Below, piece after piece: positions 1-13,545 of a stretch of DNA of 64,000 nucleotides; position 1 is the first letter of the stretch, and every line of letters starts with the position of its first letter. The notes below the pieces were generated by a model. That model was not told where the DNA came from and searched no databases. It worked only from the letters and a program-made list of their open reading frames with translations. A program made the translations under genes and the position numbers. The stretch comes from the human T2T-CHM13v2.0 reference genome, Homo sapiens. The stretch is from assembly GCF_009914755.1 (NCBI RefSeq), contig NC_060934.1; one strand, written 5' to 3'.

Positions 1-2899
1 AGCACAAATGGATTCATCCTCCTCCCACCACTGCCCAACAACCGAAGACCACCAACTGAGGACCGCCAACTGAAGAGAAACAACTGAGGGCACTAAACGA
101 AGGCAACCAATGAGAACACCCACTGAAGGCCACCAAGTGAAGGCCAGTTGTCCTGCCAACCAGAACGCATCCTGGTTCTGGGGAAACAATCAGGGCCAGA
201 ATCTCCTGCATACATCCCCACAAACTTCGGACTTGAGAGCACAGGCACATGGCTCACAAGGCCTCGCCCTGCCAGCGGCCCCACCCCACCTTTCATTCAT
301 TGCTGGCTGCTGGGACCTTTCAGGTTTCTCATTGTGAAGAAGTTCCGAGGGATCATCACTTTACAATGAATGATGCTAAAATTACTGAAACCAAATGTGC
401 CTCACGCAGTGTCTGACATTCATAGAACCCCCTTTCCCCCATAATCTCTGAAACACTAACAAACTGGAAATAAGAGTGATTTCTTCAGGTGCTTTCAGAA
501 AAAAACATTGCCATGAACTAAGCCTACTCTATAATGTCCAGTCATATTTCATATATACACATACAAGTCCAATCAATATATATTCCATTTACGTTTTTGA
601 AAATAACACATATTTGCAATCAAATTAACAAGACTAACGGAAGAAATTTTCTAAAATTTACACACTAACTACATCACATTTTTCTAATGATCGCTTTGGT
701 AGAGCAACTTAGAATATATGGTTTCAAAACACCAAAAGGATTATGTAAGTGAAAACTACCACATAATACAAAATTTTCAATGTGATCATCATTGCTACTT
801 TTAACTAGAAATTACACAAGGAACGCATTGTGAACTGCTGTGTGACTTTGATGATCTATTTATTCTTTCTGATCATTGATTTCATCGTCTAAGAAATATG
901 AGTATCACCATTTTTATAAACTGGCTCTGAAAATTAGATGAGAGAATATAATCTCCTTCTCCATATACTGAACACTGAAAAAATCATAGGTATTGTGTCC
1001 AGATTTTTATACACTTACTTTATAGAAGCCTCATAGAAATCCTCTCTTTTAAGTTACAAGCATTTTGCCATGGTTTTTACACACTTACCTTACCGAAGCC
1101 TCATAACAAGCACATCGTTTACAGATGAGAAAACTGAGACTCTGGATGCCTCTGCAGGATTCTTGGGCCAGCAATGGCTAGAGGAGTTCCTAAACTTCAG
1201 CAGTATCTGTCACCTCCCTACCTTTGGGCGTCTCCTGGTGCTGCTGTCAGGTCCCTCACTGGCTCCCAAATTCAACTGGGCAGGTTCCATAGCAGTGGAG
1301 TCTGGCGCTAGGGCCACCACCACCTCGTGGATCTCAAAGCTGCAGGACAGCTTCACCCTCCGCATTCTGAGCAGACCCCACTTGCAACTGGCAGCAGGGG
1401 CAGCGTGTTCTGGGTGCCTCTGCTCCTGTATATCGCAGCCTGCGCCTTCGTTGTATGCACACTTGTAGACGTCAGAGCCACAGGCTGGCTCTGCAGAAAC
1501 CTTGTGCCGGCCCTGACTGGGGCTGGCTTTGGTGCACATGCGACAGTTCAGTGTGGTCCCCATGGGGCACCCCTGCACTTCTCAGGCAGCTTGGGTGTTC
1601 GCTTGTCCCCAAGTCTGCAGAGCTCAACACCTATCGCCTCTTCCTGGCAAAGGCATGGCTGGCACGGGCACCCCTGGGCCATGGGGTGGCACTGCACTAG
1701 CAGCCTGCACCCTGTGTCACCCCTGTACCCTGAGCTGACTTGTCTGTTAAGAAAAACCTGCCAACCTGTCTGGTTTATTTTAGAAGGGCCCGGAGGCAGC
1801 AAGCCTGAGAGCTGTGACTGGGGGAGGAGAAAGCACAGTTTCATCCTCCTTCCACCATTGCCCTACAACTGAAGACCACCAACTGAGGACCACCACCTGA
1901 AGAGCGCCAACTGATGGTACCAACTGAGGGCACTATCTGAAGGCAACCAATGAGGACACCCACTGAAGGCCACCAAGTGAAGACCAGTTGCCCTGCCAAC
2001 CAGACCACATCCTGGTTCAGAGGAAACAATCAGGTCCAGAATCCCCTGCATGCATCCCCACAAACTTGGCACTTGAGAGCACAGGCATATGGCTGACAAG
2101 GCCCCACCCTGCCAGCAGCCCCGCCCCACCTTTCATTCATTGCTCACTGCTGGGACCTTTCAGGTTTCTCATTGTGAAGCAGTTCCTAGGGATCATCACC
2201 TTACAATGAATGATGCTAAAATGACTGAAACCAAATCTGCCTCACGCAATCTCTGAAACATTAACAAACTAGAAATGAGAGAGATTTCTGCAGGTGCTTT
2301 CACAAAACAACATTGCCATGAGCTAAGCCTACTCTGTAATATGAAGTTATATTTCATATGTACACATATATATCCCATCCACATATATTCGATTTACATT
2401 TTTGAAAATGACACACATGTTCAATCAAATTAACAAGATTAACAGAAGAAAGTTTAGAAAATTTACACAGAAAGTACATCACATTTTTCTAATAATCATT
2501 TTGATAGAGCAGCTTAGAATCTATGCTTTCAACAAAGCAAGAAGCTTACGTAAGAGAAAACCACCACAAAACACGAGATTTTCAATGTGATCATCACTGC
2601 TACTGTTAACTAGAAATTACCCAGTAAATGTATTGTGAACTGCTTTGTGACTATGGTGATTTATTTAGTCTTTCTGATCATTTATTTGATTGTCTAAGAA
2701 ATATGAGTATCCCCAATTTTACAAACTTGGTCTAAAAATTAATGGTCTAAAAAATGAGAGAAAGATAATCTTCCTCGTCCACCTATTGAACACTTACAAA
2801 ATTGTAGACATTGTGTCCAGACTTTTACCCACTTACCTCATAGAAGCCTCATAATAACACTCTCTTTTAAATTACAAGCATTTTGCCATGGTTTTTACA

Positions 2900-3060
2900 C
2901 ACTTACCTTATGGAAGCCTCGTAACAATCATATCTTCTATAGATGAGCAAACTGCGCTCAGACGAGTTAAAAACACATTCACCATCACATCATAAAGAGT
3001 GATGGAAGTGGTATTCAAATCTAGTTTTCTCTGACACCAAAAATTGTGCGTGTTAAGGAG
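2900..3060 (+). mobile_element. MIR fragment embedded in the repeat unit (paralogues ~1080-1145, ~5420-5580)
   Basis: MIR core-like agatgag(a/c)aaactgag...ctcaga...ggattcaaatccag. Confidence 0.6.
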
Positions 3061-3471
3061 GACCAAGTTATACTCAGAACATAGAGGGATCAAAACATGT
3101 GGATTCTCTTTTCTACCCCCTCGTGTGTGAATTTCAATGCCTTGCACTGCCTCAGAGCAATCCTAAACTCCCTCCCAGGTTGCCTTGCTGTGGTTCCCTT
3201 TTCCTTGAGGATGATGAGGAATCTGCATATTTAGACCACAAGCATCACCTTTTAACAGGTGTGGTGATCACGAAATGAAATTTGCTAGGCCATATGTTAC
3301 TAAGTGTGAATTGTCCAGCTTCTCTGCAATAAATAAAGGGGCTATTCCATGTAAAAAATCACATCATCCACTAAATTTGTGCAGAAAGATTTGGAACTAT
3401 GCTGCAGGAGCATCTTACCGACAGCTGTGCAGGAAGACCAGCCAAAACACACAAAGCAGGAGCAGCTCCCA

Positions 3472-3600
3472 AGGCCAGGTGTGGTGGTTCTTGCCTGTCA
3501 TCCCAACAAAGCGGGAGGCCAACGTGAGTGAATCACTTGAGGCCAGGGGTTTGAGACCAGCCTGGGCAACACAGTGAAACCCTGTCTCTACAAGAAATCA
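3472..3600 (+). mobile_element. Alu monomer (FLAM-like), present only in unit B
   Basis: ggccaggtgtggtgg...gagaccagcctgggcaacacagtgaaaccctgtctctac. Confidence 0.85.
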
Positions 3601-4038
3601 TTTTTTATTATTAGAATGAAGAAGCGTACCTCTAACCCTCAGCCATTACTTTAGGAGAGAGAGCTCTGCTCTAGAACTCAACATATGAAATTGGGAGTCC
3701 CAATGTGGCTAGCTAAGTTTAAATACAAGAGCTGTCAGACATTTCCTCTACCGTAATGAAATCTGTGGCATCCTTTTTGTATTTTGAAAACTTAGTTTTG
3801 ACAGGCCTAAGAAAAGAAGAAGAGGGCCCAGAAGTGGGCATTTGGGCAGGGCAATGAAAAGTAACCAGCTGGATGCAACATGGAAAGAAGAAGGGGTGGG
3901 AAGTGGAGTCAGAGCAAGTCCTCCTGCTTGGGGCCTGGGCCTAGGAAAGCAAACTAGGGCAGGAGGGAGGAGCCCTAGGCTGTGGATACTTGGGTCACCA
4001 GAGCTCCTAATGCCAAGCGGTATCTGTAGTCTCCCTAC

Positions 4039-4700
4039 CTTCTGGCGTCTTCTGGTGCCGATGTGCTGCTAGTCATGTCTCCTGAATCAGACAGGGCAGA
4101 CTCCAAATCAGTGGAGTCTGGTGCTACTCCCACCGCCACCTCGTGGATCTCAGAGCTGCAGGACGGCTCCAAACACCTTATCCTGAGGTGGCTCTGCTTG
4201 GGGCTGGTATCAAGGGACAGGGTGTTCCGGCCGCCTCTGCTCCTCTGTGCTGGGGCCTGCGCCTTTGCTGGCCGCCCACTCATAGATGTCAAAGCCTCAG
4301 GATGGCTCCGCAGAAGCCCTGTGGGGGCCCTGCCTGGGGCTGGCTTTGGTGCACATGCTACAGGCCAGCGTGGTCCCCATGGGGCAACTCCGCTCTTCTC
4401 GGGCAGCTTGGGCCTTCAATTGCCCCCACCCTGCAGAGCTGAGCACCTGCCACCTGTCCCCAGGAAAGGCAACCAAATGCCACCAACTGAAGGCACCCAC
4501 TGAAGGCACTAACTGAAGGTCGGTTGCCCTGCCAACCAGATCACGCCCTGCTTAGGAGGAATCAATCAGGCCTTGAGTTCCCCCCACGCGCCGCCCTTCC
4601 ATTTGTGACGTGCTGTGCGAGTCCAGGCACTGGCTCACAAGGCCCCGCCCCCACAGCAGCCCGCCCCACCTTTCATTTATTAGTACCCGGTAGCAACTTT
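4039..4700 (-). promoter_or_regulatory. Putative promoter plus first exon in repeat unit C (paralogues at ~1222-2160 and ~6244-6900)
   Basis: GC boxes (ccccgcccc ~4643; cccgcccc ~4660), a CRE-like tgacgt (~4606), a CCAAT-position motif (intact CCAAT at 6769-6773 in unit D), clustered YAACTG motifs, and a conserved minus-strand donor AAG|GTAGGG with GT at 1221-1220, 4038-4037 and 6243-6242. Confidence 0.45.
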
Positions 4701-7700
4701 CAGGTTTCCTTACTGTGAATTATGAATATGAATTATGCGGAAATTACTGTATACCAATGTACCTCGCGCACTATCTGACATTCAAAGACCCACCTTGCCC
4801 CATCGCCTCTGATTTTTTTGGAAACTAGAAAAAAGACAAGGTTCGGCAGCTGTTTTCAGAAGAAAACATTGCCATGAGCTAAGATTACTCTATGATGTCA
4901 AGTCTTATTTCATATATCAATATATATTCATATTCATAATCCAAAACACACATATTCAATCAAATTAACAAGACTAACAGAGGAAATTTTCTAAAATTTA
5001 TACACTACGGACATTACATTTTTCTAATGATCACTTTGATAGAGCAACTTAGATTCTATGGTTTCCACAAATGAAGAGGCTCATGGAAAAGAAAACTGCC
5101 ACATAATACAAGATTTTCAATGTGATCATCATTGCTACTTTTAAGTAGCAATTACCCAGTAAATATATTGTGAACTGCTTTGTGAGTATGGTGATTTATT
5201 TAAACTTACTGACCCTTTGATTATCTTAAAAATATGAATAATGCCAATTGTATGGACTTGTTCTAAAAATTAAAGGAGAGAAAAATAATCCTTCTTCTCC
5301 ATATATTGAACGATTACCAAATTAAAGGCATTGTGTCCAGGTTTTTACACACTTACCTTATTGAAGCCTCATCATAACCCCATCTTTTAAATTACAGGCA
5401 TTATTCCCAGATTTTTACATACTAATCTTATGCAAGCTTCATAAGAATCCCATCTTTTAGAGATGAGCAAACTGAGGCTCAGAGGATTTAAAAACTCATT
5501 CACCATCACTTCATAATGAGTGATGGAACTGGGATTCAAATCCAGTTCTCTCTGACACCAAAGGTGGTGCACATTCAGGAACACCCAGTTATACCCCGCA
5601 CATGGAGGGATCAAAACATGTGGATTCCCTTTCTCTACCCTCTTATGGGTAGAGAAACAATCCTAAGCTCCCTCCCTGGTTGCCTGTAGTGGACATCACT
5701 TCTTTCTGGGCATGATTAGAAATCTGCATCTTTGGACCACAAGCATCTATAAATAGTTGTTTTGATCAAGAAATAAAATTTTCTAGGCCACAGGTTGCTA
5801 TCTGGGACTTTTCTAGCTTCTCTGCAGTTAAAAAAAGGGCTATTCCATGTAAAACAAACAAACAAACAAACAAACAAACAAAAAAAAAAACACAGGATCC
5901 ACTGAATTTGTGCAGAAAGTTTCAGAACTATACGGCAGGAGCACCTCTAGAACTCAAGATATGAAATTGGGAGTCCCAATGGGGCTACTTAAGTTTAAAT
6001 ACAAGAGCTGTTGGACATTTCCTCTACAGCAATCAAATCTTACTTTTCATTTTGTATTTTGAAAACTTAGTTTTCAGCCAGCCTAGGAAAAGAAGAAGAG
6101 GGCCTCGAAGTGGGCATTTGGGCAGGGCAAGGGAAAGTAACCGGCTGGATGCAACAGGGAAAGAAGAAGGGGTGGGGAATCCAGTCAGAGCAAGTCCTCC
6201 TGCTTGGGGCCGGGGATAGGAAAGCGAACTGTCTCCTCCCTACCTTTGGGCGTCTTCTGGTAGCCAATGTGCTGTAAGTCACGGCTCCGGAATCAGGCTG
6301 GGCAGGTTTCAAATCAGTGGAATCTGGCACTTCTCCCACCTCCAACTAGTGGATCTCAGAGCTGCAGGACTGCTCCCAACACTGCACCCAGTGTTGGCCC
6401 AGCTTGGGGCTGGCATTGGGGGACAGCGTGTTCCGGGCGCCTCTGCTCCTCTGTGCTGGGGCCTGCGCCTTTGCTGGCTGCCCACTCATAGATGTCAGAG
6501 CCGCAGAACGGCTCCGCAGAAGCCCTGCGCAGGCCCTGCCTGGGGCTGGCTTTGGTGCACATGTGACAAGTCATCGTGGTCCCCATGGGGCAACTCTGCT
6601 CTTCTCCGGCAGCTTGGGCCTTCGCTTGCCCCCACGACTGCAGAGTAGAGCACCTGCCACCTCTCCCCAGGAAAGGCAACCGAATGCCACCAACTGAAGG
6701 CACCCACTGAAGGCACTAACCGAAGGCCGGTTGCCCTGCCAACCCTGTCGCGTCCTGCTTAGGACGAACCAATCAGGCCTTGAGTTCCCTCCACGCGCCG
6801 CCTTTCCATTTGTAATGTGCGAGTCCAGGCACTGGCAGACAAGGCTCCGCCCCCAAAGCTCCCCTGCCCCACCTTTCATTCATTGATAGCTTCGAGCAAT
6901 TTTCAGGTTTCCTCATTACGAATTATGACTATGAATTATTTTACAATTACTGTAACCCAATGTGCTTCGTGCACTCTCTGGCATCCAAAGGATCCTCTTT
7001 CGCCCATGGCTTGTGAGGATTTTCGAAACTGGAAAGAAGACTGATTACTGCAGTTGCTTAAAAAAAAAAACTTTGCCATGAGTTAAGTCTACTCTGTGAT
7101 GTTAACATAAATGTATCATATATTTATGTATATGTATATGCACACACACACATGCACTCAATAATTATATATTCAATTTATGTTTTTGAAAATAGCACAC
7201 ATATTCAAACTAGTAAGTATAATAGGGAAATTTCCTAAAACTTTTACACTAAGTACCTCATTTTTTAAAATGATTTCGTTGATAGAGCAGCTTTCTAGAT
7301 GCAGCCCTGTTCACATGTGACTGGTATTTACCTTCTTTCATCAAACATATCTTTAGAATCGACTCAAGGCAAGACGCGGTAGAAAAATGTAAGAATCAAT
7401 TAGAGGAGCCATTTAACTAGTAGGTGAGACTGATAGGCATACAAGCAACTTCAATAAAAAGATATGTATTGAACGTACCTGGGGATAAGTACTAAGATGG
7501 GCTTCAAAAGCCCCGTATTCATGAAGATGCAATCTTTATATTTAAAATACTAGTGATACAATAAAATGTTCTACTTGATCTCTCACCTTTAATTTCATGG
7601 TATTATCATCCACCCTCTCTATTCTAACTAAATATTTCCTTCATAATCCCCAAGAAATAGCAAAACCACGGAAAACAAACATTTCAATCTTTGATTTATT

Positions 7701-8056
7701 GTTGAAAGAAGTGTGTCGTTGGTGCCTCAGTTTATTATCATAGAGCCAAATTCTCAGTGAGGAAGCGGCATGAGCTGGAATTCATGCCCTTCATTTGGAA
7801 AGATTGCAAATCATTGACCTTCTTTTTTTTGCTAAATATGTTAGAAAATTAGAATTCTCTTAATGCAGTAAAGGGATCTTAAAATGATGGGATATATGTG
7901 TACTCTCCGTGACAGTGTACATATTCCTTCTCTTAGTTTAGTATAAAAATAATACTTAAGGAACTTCTGTGCAATAATAACAATTCTAAGTAAGAAGTAG
8001 AGTTGAGATTTTTCATAAAACAAAATGTATGAACTTTTATTGCTGTTTGTTCGATA

Positions 8057-8322
8057 TGAGACAATCTAGCTTTGTTGCCCAGGCTGGAGTATAGTGTCGT
8101 GATCTCGGCTCACTGCGTCCTCCACATTCAGTTTCAAGCCATTCTCCTGCATCAAATTCCCAAGTAGCTGGGAGTCCAGGCAGACGCCTCCATGCCCAGC
8201 TAATTTTTGCGTTTTTAATACAGACAAGGTTTCACAATGTTTGCCAGGCTGGTCTTCAACTCCTGACCTCCAGTGATCTGCCTGCTTCTGCTTCCCAAAG
8301 TAGAAACATTTTTAAACATTTA
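8057..8322 (-). mobile_element. Diverged Alu
   Basis: Alu consensus, reverse orientation. Confidence 0.9.
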
Positions 8323-8410
8323 AAATTGACCTTGCCTTTTAGAAATGTAGAAATTCATCAGGGTCCTGGGTAATTATAATCAACATTTATCTGCCCACGT
8401 TATTTACCAG

Positions 8411-8520
8411 GTACATCTTCTCCAGCAAGTTCTTCGGCATCCTTTCGAGAAGCATTCAATAGCCAAGAAAGCAGGCTAAGACTCACCTACTCCTTCTTGG
8501 GCTAAAGATCTCAGACTTCA
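8411..8520 (+). pseudogene. SelO-like adenylyltransferase pseudogene, terminal exon
   Basis: Acceptor tttaccag|. Translates VHLLQQVLRHPFEKHSIAKKAG*DSPTPSWAKDLR, matching the SelO C-terminal pattern V..L..VL..PF...Y...PP.WA..L.VSCSS. TAA at 8477-8479 sits where Tyr is expected, and the terminal SCSS/xUSS motif is missing. Confidence 0.75.
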
Positions 8521-8813
8521 TTCGGGAAAAATAATTAAAGAATTATTCTATCACTATACACAACATAGAATAATCTGTTTAACAAATTATTTTTGATCAT
8601 CCACATTTTGATGCCAATCCCTCATTTGGTAATAATGATTATATACGTGAATATTTTGAGCCAATTAAATTGGAACATATTCTTTGAAATATCTTTATGA
8701 TCATTTTTGTTCTATTCAGTAGGTTTAATGGAATAATAAGGTGTTTTTGATAAACCACATGAGTTATTCTCAATGGTTACAAGATCTTATGACAGTTGTA
8801 ATCAAAAGTGTGC

Positions 8814-9164
<351 letters not shown>

Positions 9165-9617
9165 TTAGTTTTATTATGCTCCTAGAGTTTTTTATTCTAT
9201 TATAGAATTTTCAAACATTTACTAAGGTACAGAAAATTTTAATGGTTTAATGAACCTAATTTACCATTTAATCAGCTTACTAGTGATTAATACCTTGCCA
9301 ATTTTGCTTCACCTACACCTCCACACCCTTCCCCCATATTCCTCATTGTTGCCTTAATTGAAGTATGATATACATGTCCTCATTTTTTTGGAAAATACAG
9401 ACATTGTTTCATTTCCTCTACAAATATTTGTGTTTGCATCTCTAAATATTAATGACTTAAAATACAAACAGTCCATGACATCATATGACCTTGAGACAAA
9501 TTAGTAGTAACTCCTAATGTATCACATTATTCAGTTTTCAAGATTTTCCTATTTTCTTATAATTATCATCATTATCTTATAGTTATATTAATTAATTTAT
9601 TTATTAATTTATTTATT

Positions 9618-9898
9618 TTTGACCAGTGTCTCACTCTGTCGCCCAGGCTGGAGTGCAGTGGCGAGATTTCGGCTTAATGCAGTTTCCACCTTCTGGGTTC
9701 AAGCAATTCTCTGCCTCAGCCTCCCAAGTAGCTGGGATTACAGGTGCCTGCCACCACGCCTGGCTAATTTTTGTATTTTTAGTAGAGATGGGCTTTCACC
9801 ATCGTGGCCAGGCTGGCCTTGAACTCCTGACCTCGTGATCCACCCTCCTCGACCTCCCAAAGTGCTGGGATTACAGGTGTGACCCACCGTGCCCAGCC
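9618..9898 (-). mobile_element. Alu (S-like)
   Basis: Alu consensus, reverse orientation. Confidence 0.92.
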
Positions 9899-10140
9899 TC
9901 TTATAGTTATTTTAATTGGGATCTGAATAAGGAGTATACATTAAAATTAGATGATAATATGTCTTAAGCTTCCTTTGATATCTTTGAGTTTATCACCTAC
10001 TTATGTCACCTACACCTTTTTTCACTTACAATCTATTGGTTCCTTTAGTTATGATTGAAAAAACCAGATTATTTATCCTGTGGTATTTCAGCATTCTGCA
10101 TTTTTCTGATTGCATTCTATGGTATTATTTATTGAACCTG

Positions 10141-10913
10141 TGATACAGTTTGGACGTCCCCTCCAAATCTCATTGATATGGTTTGGCTCTATGTCCCCAC
10201 CCAGATCTCATCTTGAATTATGACCCCCATGTGTGGATGCAGGGACTTGTGGGGAGGTGATTGGATCATGGGAGCAGTTTTCCCATGCTGTTCTTGTGAT
10301 AGTGAGAGAGTTCTCATGACATATGGTAGTTTAATAATTGTCTGGCATTTCCTCTTTGCTCTCTCTCTCTCCTGCTGCCATGTAAGATGTGCTTTGCTTC
10401 TCCTTCACCCTCTGTGATGATTGTAAGTTTCCTGAGGCCTCCAGAGCCATGCATAACTGTGAGTCAATTAAACCTTCCTTTATAAATTATCCAGTCTCAG
10501 GTAGTTTCTTTATAGCAGTGTGAAAACGTACTAATATACTCATGTTGAGGTGTAATCCCCAATGTTGGAGGTGGGGTCTTGTGGGAGGTGTTTGGGTCAT
10601 GGGGACAGATTCCTCATAACTTGGTGCTGTCCCACTGATAATGAGTGAGTTCTCAGGAGATCTGTTGTTTAAAAGTGTGTGGCACCTCCTCTGCTTGCTC
10701 TCTTGCTCCCAGTCTCTCCATGTGAGAAGCCTGCTCCCACTTTGCCTTTTCCCATGAATGGAAGCCTCCTGAGGCCTCCCCAAAAGCTGAGCAGATGCCA
10801 GCACCATGCTTCCAGTAAAGCCTGCAGACCTGTGAGCCAGTTAAACCTTTTTTCTTTATAAATGACCCAGTCTCAGGTATTTCTTTATAGCAACAGAAAA
10901 GCAACCTAACACA
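10141..10913 (+). mobile_element. MaLR LTR (MST-like) with a nested THE1/MST-like solo LTR at 10174-10538
   Basis: Starts tgatacagtttgg (outer) and tgatatggtttgg (inner). The inner LTR is flanked by a 5-bp TSD ctcat (10169-10173, 10539-10543). Confidence 0.88.
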
Positions 10914-11877
10914 ACACGTGTCTGTGCCTCCTGTATTTCTGTAAATATAGAGCTTCAGTCTGATTCAGAATTGATTTATTTGTCAAAAATAATTGAAATA
11001 CCAAGAATACAACTGCCTCAGTGAATGGCCACTATTTCTTCTATAACTACATTTATGTTCCATTTGATTTTCACTTTGTATTATCCCTTTTCTTTTTTCT
11101 TTTCTTTTCTTTTTCTTTTTTTTTTTTTTTTTTGCAGTTTCATGTTTGTTGACCACTTCCCTCTTTGGTTATTCATTTTTGTAAAATGTCATGTGGGCTT
11201 CTCCCTGGGAGACAAGGAGGCAAGACAGTGACATGCTTTGCTCTCTGTATAAACTCAGTAACAAATATGCAGTGATTGACAACCTCATACTTTGAAAGAA
11301 ATGATGGGTCACTGATCATGATTGCTTCTGTTATTTATGTTGTGATTTGTGGACTGAAGAGCTCACACAAAGTTTGTACTTTGTGTAATCACTCACAGTT
11401 GAACTGAATTTGGAACCATGTTGGGGTACTTACGTTATTTAATTAAATCATGGTTATTGAAATTAGGTGGAGCAGTGATGATCTGTGCCTCTTTTTTTCC
11501 TGATGTTTTCTTTTATACCTGCAATAAATATTTACAATTTTCCTTATATAGATTTGAAATTTTCTAGCAATTCTAAAAATATTTTAGTTCTTGTTGCTCT
11601 TGTGACTCACCTTTTATACTACATTTTATAAATGAGCTTCACTGATATATAGTACACAGGACAGTTTTTAGTTTCTATACTTAATAGCTTTTAATGGATT
11701 GTTTGACTTTGTTTTAAAATTTTAAGTAGATACATCGCCTGAGAATTTAAAAGTCTGTCTTTTCCATTCATATATTTGTTTATCTTAGTGGTTTTGCTGT
11801 TGTATGCATTGGCTAGAGACTCCAGGATAATGTTGGATAATGTTGAATAATATTAATTATAATACTGACTTTAACGG

Positions 11878-12475
11878 TGTATTAGTCATATCTCTTATTT
11901 TCTAAATTTGATGCTTTGACATTTGGGCCTTGTTGACCCTGGAGGGACTGCCCCTCTCAGGATAAGCTAATTGCTGGATGTAATAAACAACTTGCCTGCA
12001 TGCATGACTTTCCTACTATAACCCAACCAACCCAGAGTTTATACCCCCTTCTTTCTCATCTCTTCATCACTCTTTATTCTTCTTTATCTCTGTTTATCTC
12101 TTTTGCAGTCTTAATGTTCCTTATCACTCTCACAATTCTGGCCACTATTCTACTTCCCTAATTTCTTCAGGGCCAGATAGCAGCCTCTTCTTTCCAGGAG
12201 CCAATGAAATTATTCAAACTAGCCAATGCTAAGCCTGATTGACCTGACTTGCTTGTCCCGTCCCATGGAACTGCAATAAAGCCTCTTTCCCACGTTTTCC
12301 CCCATTGACGCTGCCTCCTGACTGACCTTGATGTTTCCCTGTCCTTCTGCTTGTGGTGTGCTGTGCCCACAGCTTCTAGGGAACTGTGAGTAGAAAAATA
12401 AACTACTTCCCTCATGACAGTCATTTCTGTGTTTGTGTGTCTTGCCATTACTGATTAAAACAAATCCTGGGTTTT
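11878..12475 (+). mobile_element. ERVL-type solo LTR (MER74-like)
   Basis: tgtattag...tgatgctttgacatttgggccttgttgaccctggagggactgcccct start and an internal AATAAA. Confidence 0.65.
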
Positions 12476-13237
12476 ATGAATGCAAATGACATTTCTGTTC
12501 ATGCTTTATTGTTAAATATGCCCTTTGCTGTAGGTTTTGGGCACCTTTTATCAAGGTTTTGGGCACCTTGATGTTGAATTTCATCAAGAGCCTTTTTGAC
12601 ATTTATTGAAATAATTATTTGTTTTTTTCTTCTATGAGATTTTCCAATAAAACTGATACTGATTGAACAATAGCCAAGCTTGCGCCACTGCACACCAGCA
12701 TAGGCGACAAAGCGAGACTCTCTCTTAAAAAATAATAATAAAATAAAACAAAGATGCTGTAGTATTGCAAGGCTAAGTAGGGACAGCAGATGAAGTTCCT
12801 CAAGACTTCCAACATTACTGTATAGCTAAACTCTTGAGAAAAAACAGTAACCTACCAATTGGACATACGGCATTCACAAGTAGTTCTTTTGACCCAACTA
12901 GGCCAAGCATGAGTTGAGGAAGTTAAAAACATTATCTGAGTTATGCTGGTAACTGCTAAAGAACAGACTTCTCTTGTGCAGTCTGAAGACATCTTTGGTC
13001 TATTTTGCTGCCCTTAGACAAACGAAAAGAGCCAATACAGATGGATCAAAATGGCCTATGTGTAACTGAAAGTGACCAAGGCTGTTGTATTGATGTCAGA
13101 GTGTTAGCTACCCTCGAAGACATTTTCTTCCAATATTGATTATACCGTTTAAAACATAATATTGATTATACTGTTTAAAACATAATATCTACAATAAGAC
13201 CAGGTTTTATAGCCAAAGAGATTGTAAATATAATACC

Positions 13238-13545
13238 AGGCCAGACAGAGTGGGTCATGCCTGTAATCCCAGCAATTTGGGAGGCTGAGGTGGGAGGTTC
13301 ATTTGAGGCCGGGATATCGAGACCAGCCTAGGCAACATAAGCAAGACCCTGTCTCTACAAAAAATAAAATTAGCCAGGCGTGGTGGTGTGTGCCTGTAAC
13401 CCTAGCTACTCAGGAGGCTGAGGCAGGGATGTTTGCTTGAGCCCAGAAGTTCGAGAGTTCGAGGCTGCAGTGAGTTGCGATCGTGCCACTGCTCTCCAGT
13501 GTGGATGAAAGAGTGGGACACTGTCTCCAAATAAATAAATAAATA
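13238..13545 (+). mobile_element. Alu (J-like)
   Basis: Diverged dimer with an (AAAT)n tail. Confidence 0.88.

Larger units (their letters stand above)
1..7290. repeat. Diverged tandem array of 4 modules (A 1-~1204 partial, B ~1205-4024, C ~4025-6228, D ~6229-7290 truncated)
   Basis: The anchor ctccctacctt(t/c) recurs at ~1214, ~4031 and ~6236. The cctttcatt...tttcaggtttc block and the AT-rich block recur at ~290, ~2130, ~4670 and ~6870. Six-frame ORFs from the copies are paralogous (GAGFGAH...GPHGA...FSGSLG). Confidence 0.95.

Noticed and set aside
30-145. Short repeats resembling a CRISPR array
   Set aside because: Eukaryotic context, ~15-bp degenerate units without unique spacers, and no cas genes.
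1070-6879. 100-180 aa ORFs on both strands of the tandem units
   Set aside because: Frames and stops differ between copies and no domain is recognisable; expected in GC-rich sequence.
8400-8490. Minus-strand reading LLSWLLNASRKDAEELAGEDVP
   Set aside because: The plus-strand SelO-like reading has a proper acceptor and family motifs; this is its antisense shadow.
13132-13188. 26-bp tandem duplication aatattgattatac(c/t)gtttaaaacat
   Set aside because: Ordinary slippage duplication with no further signal.
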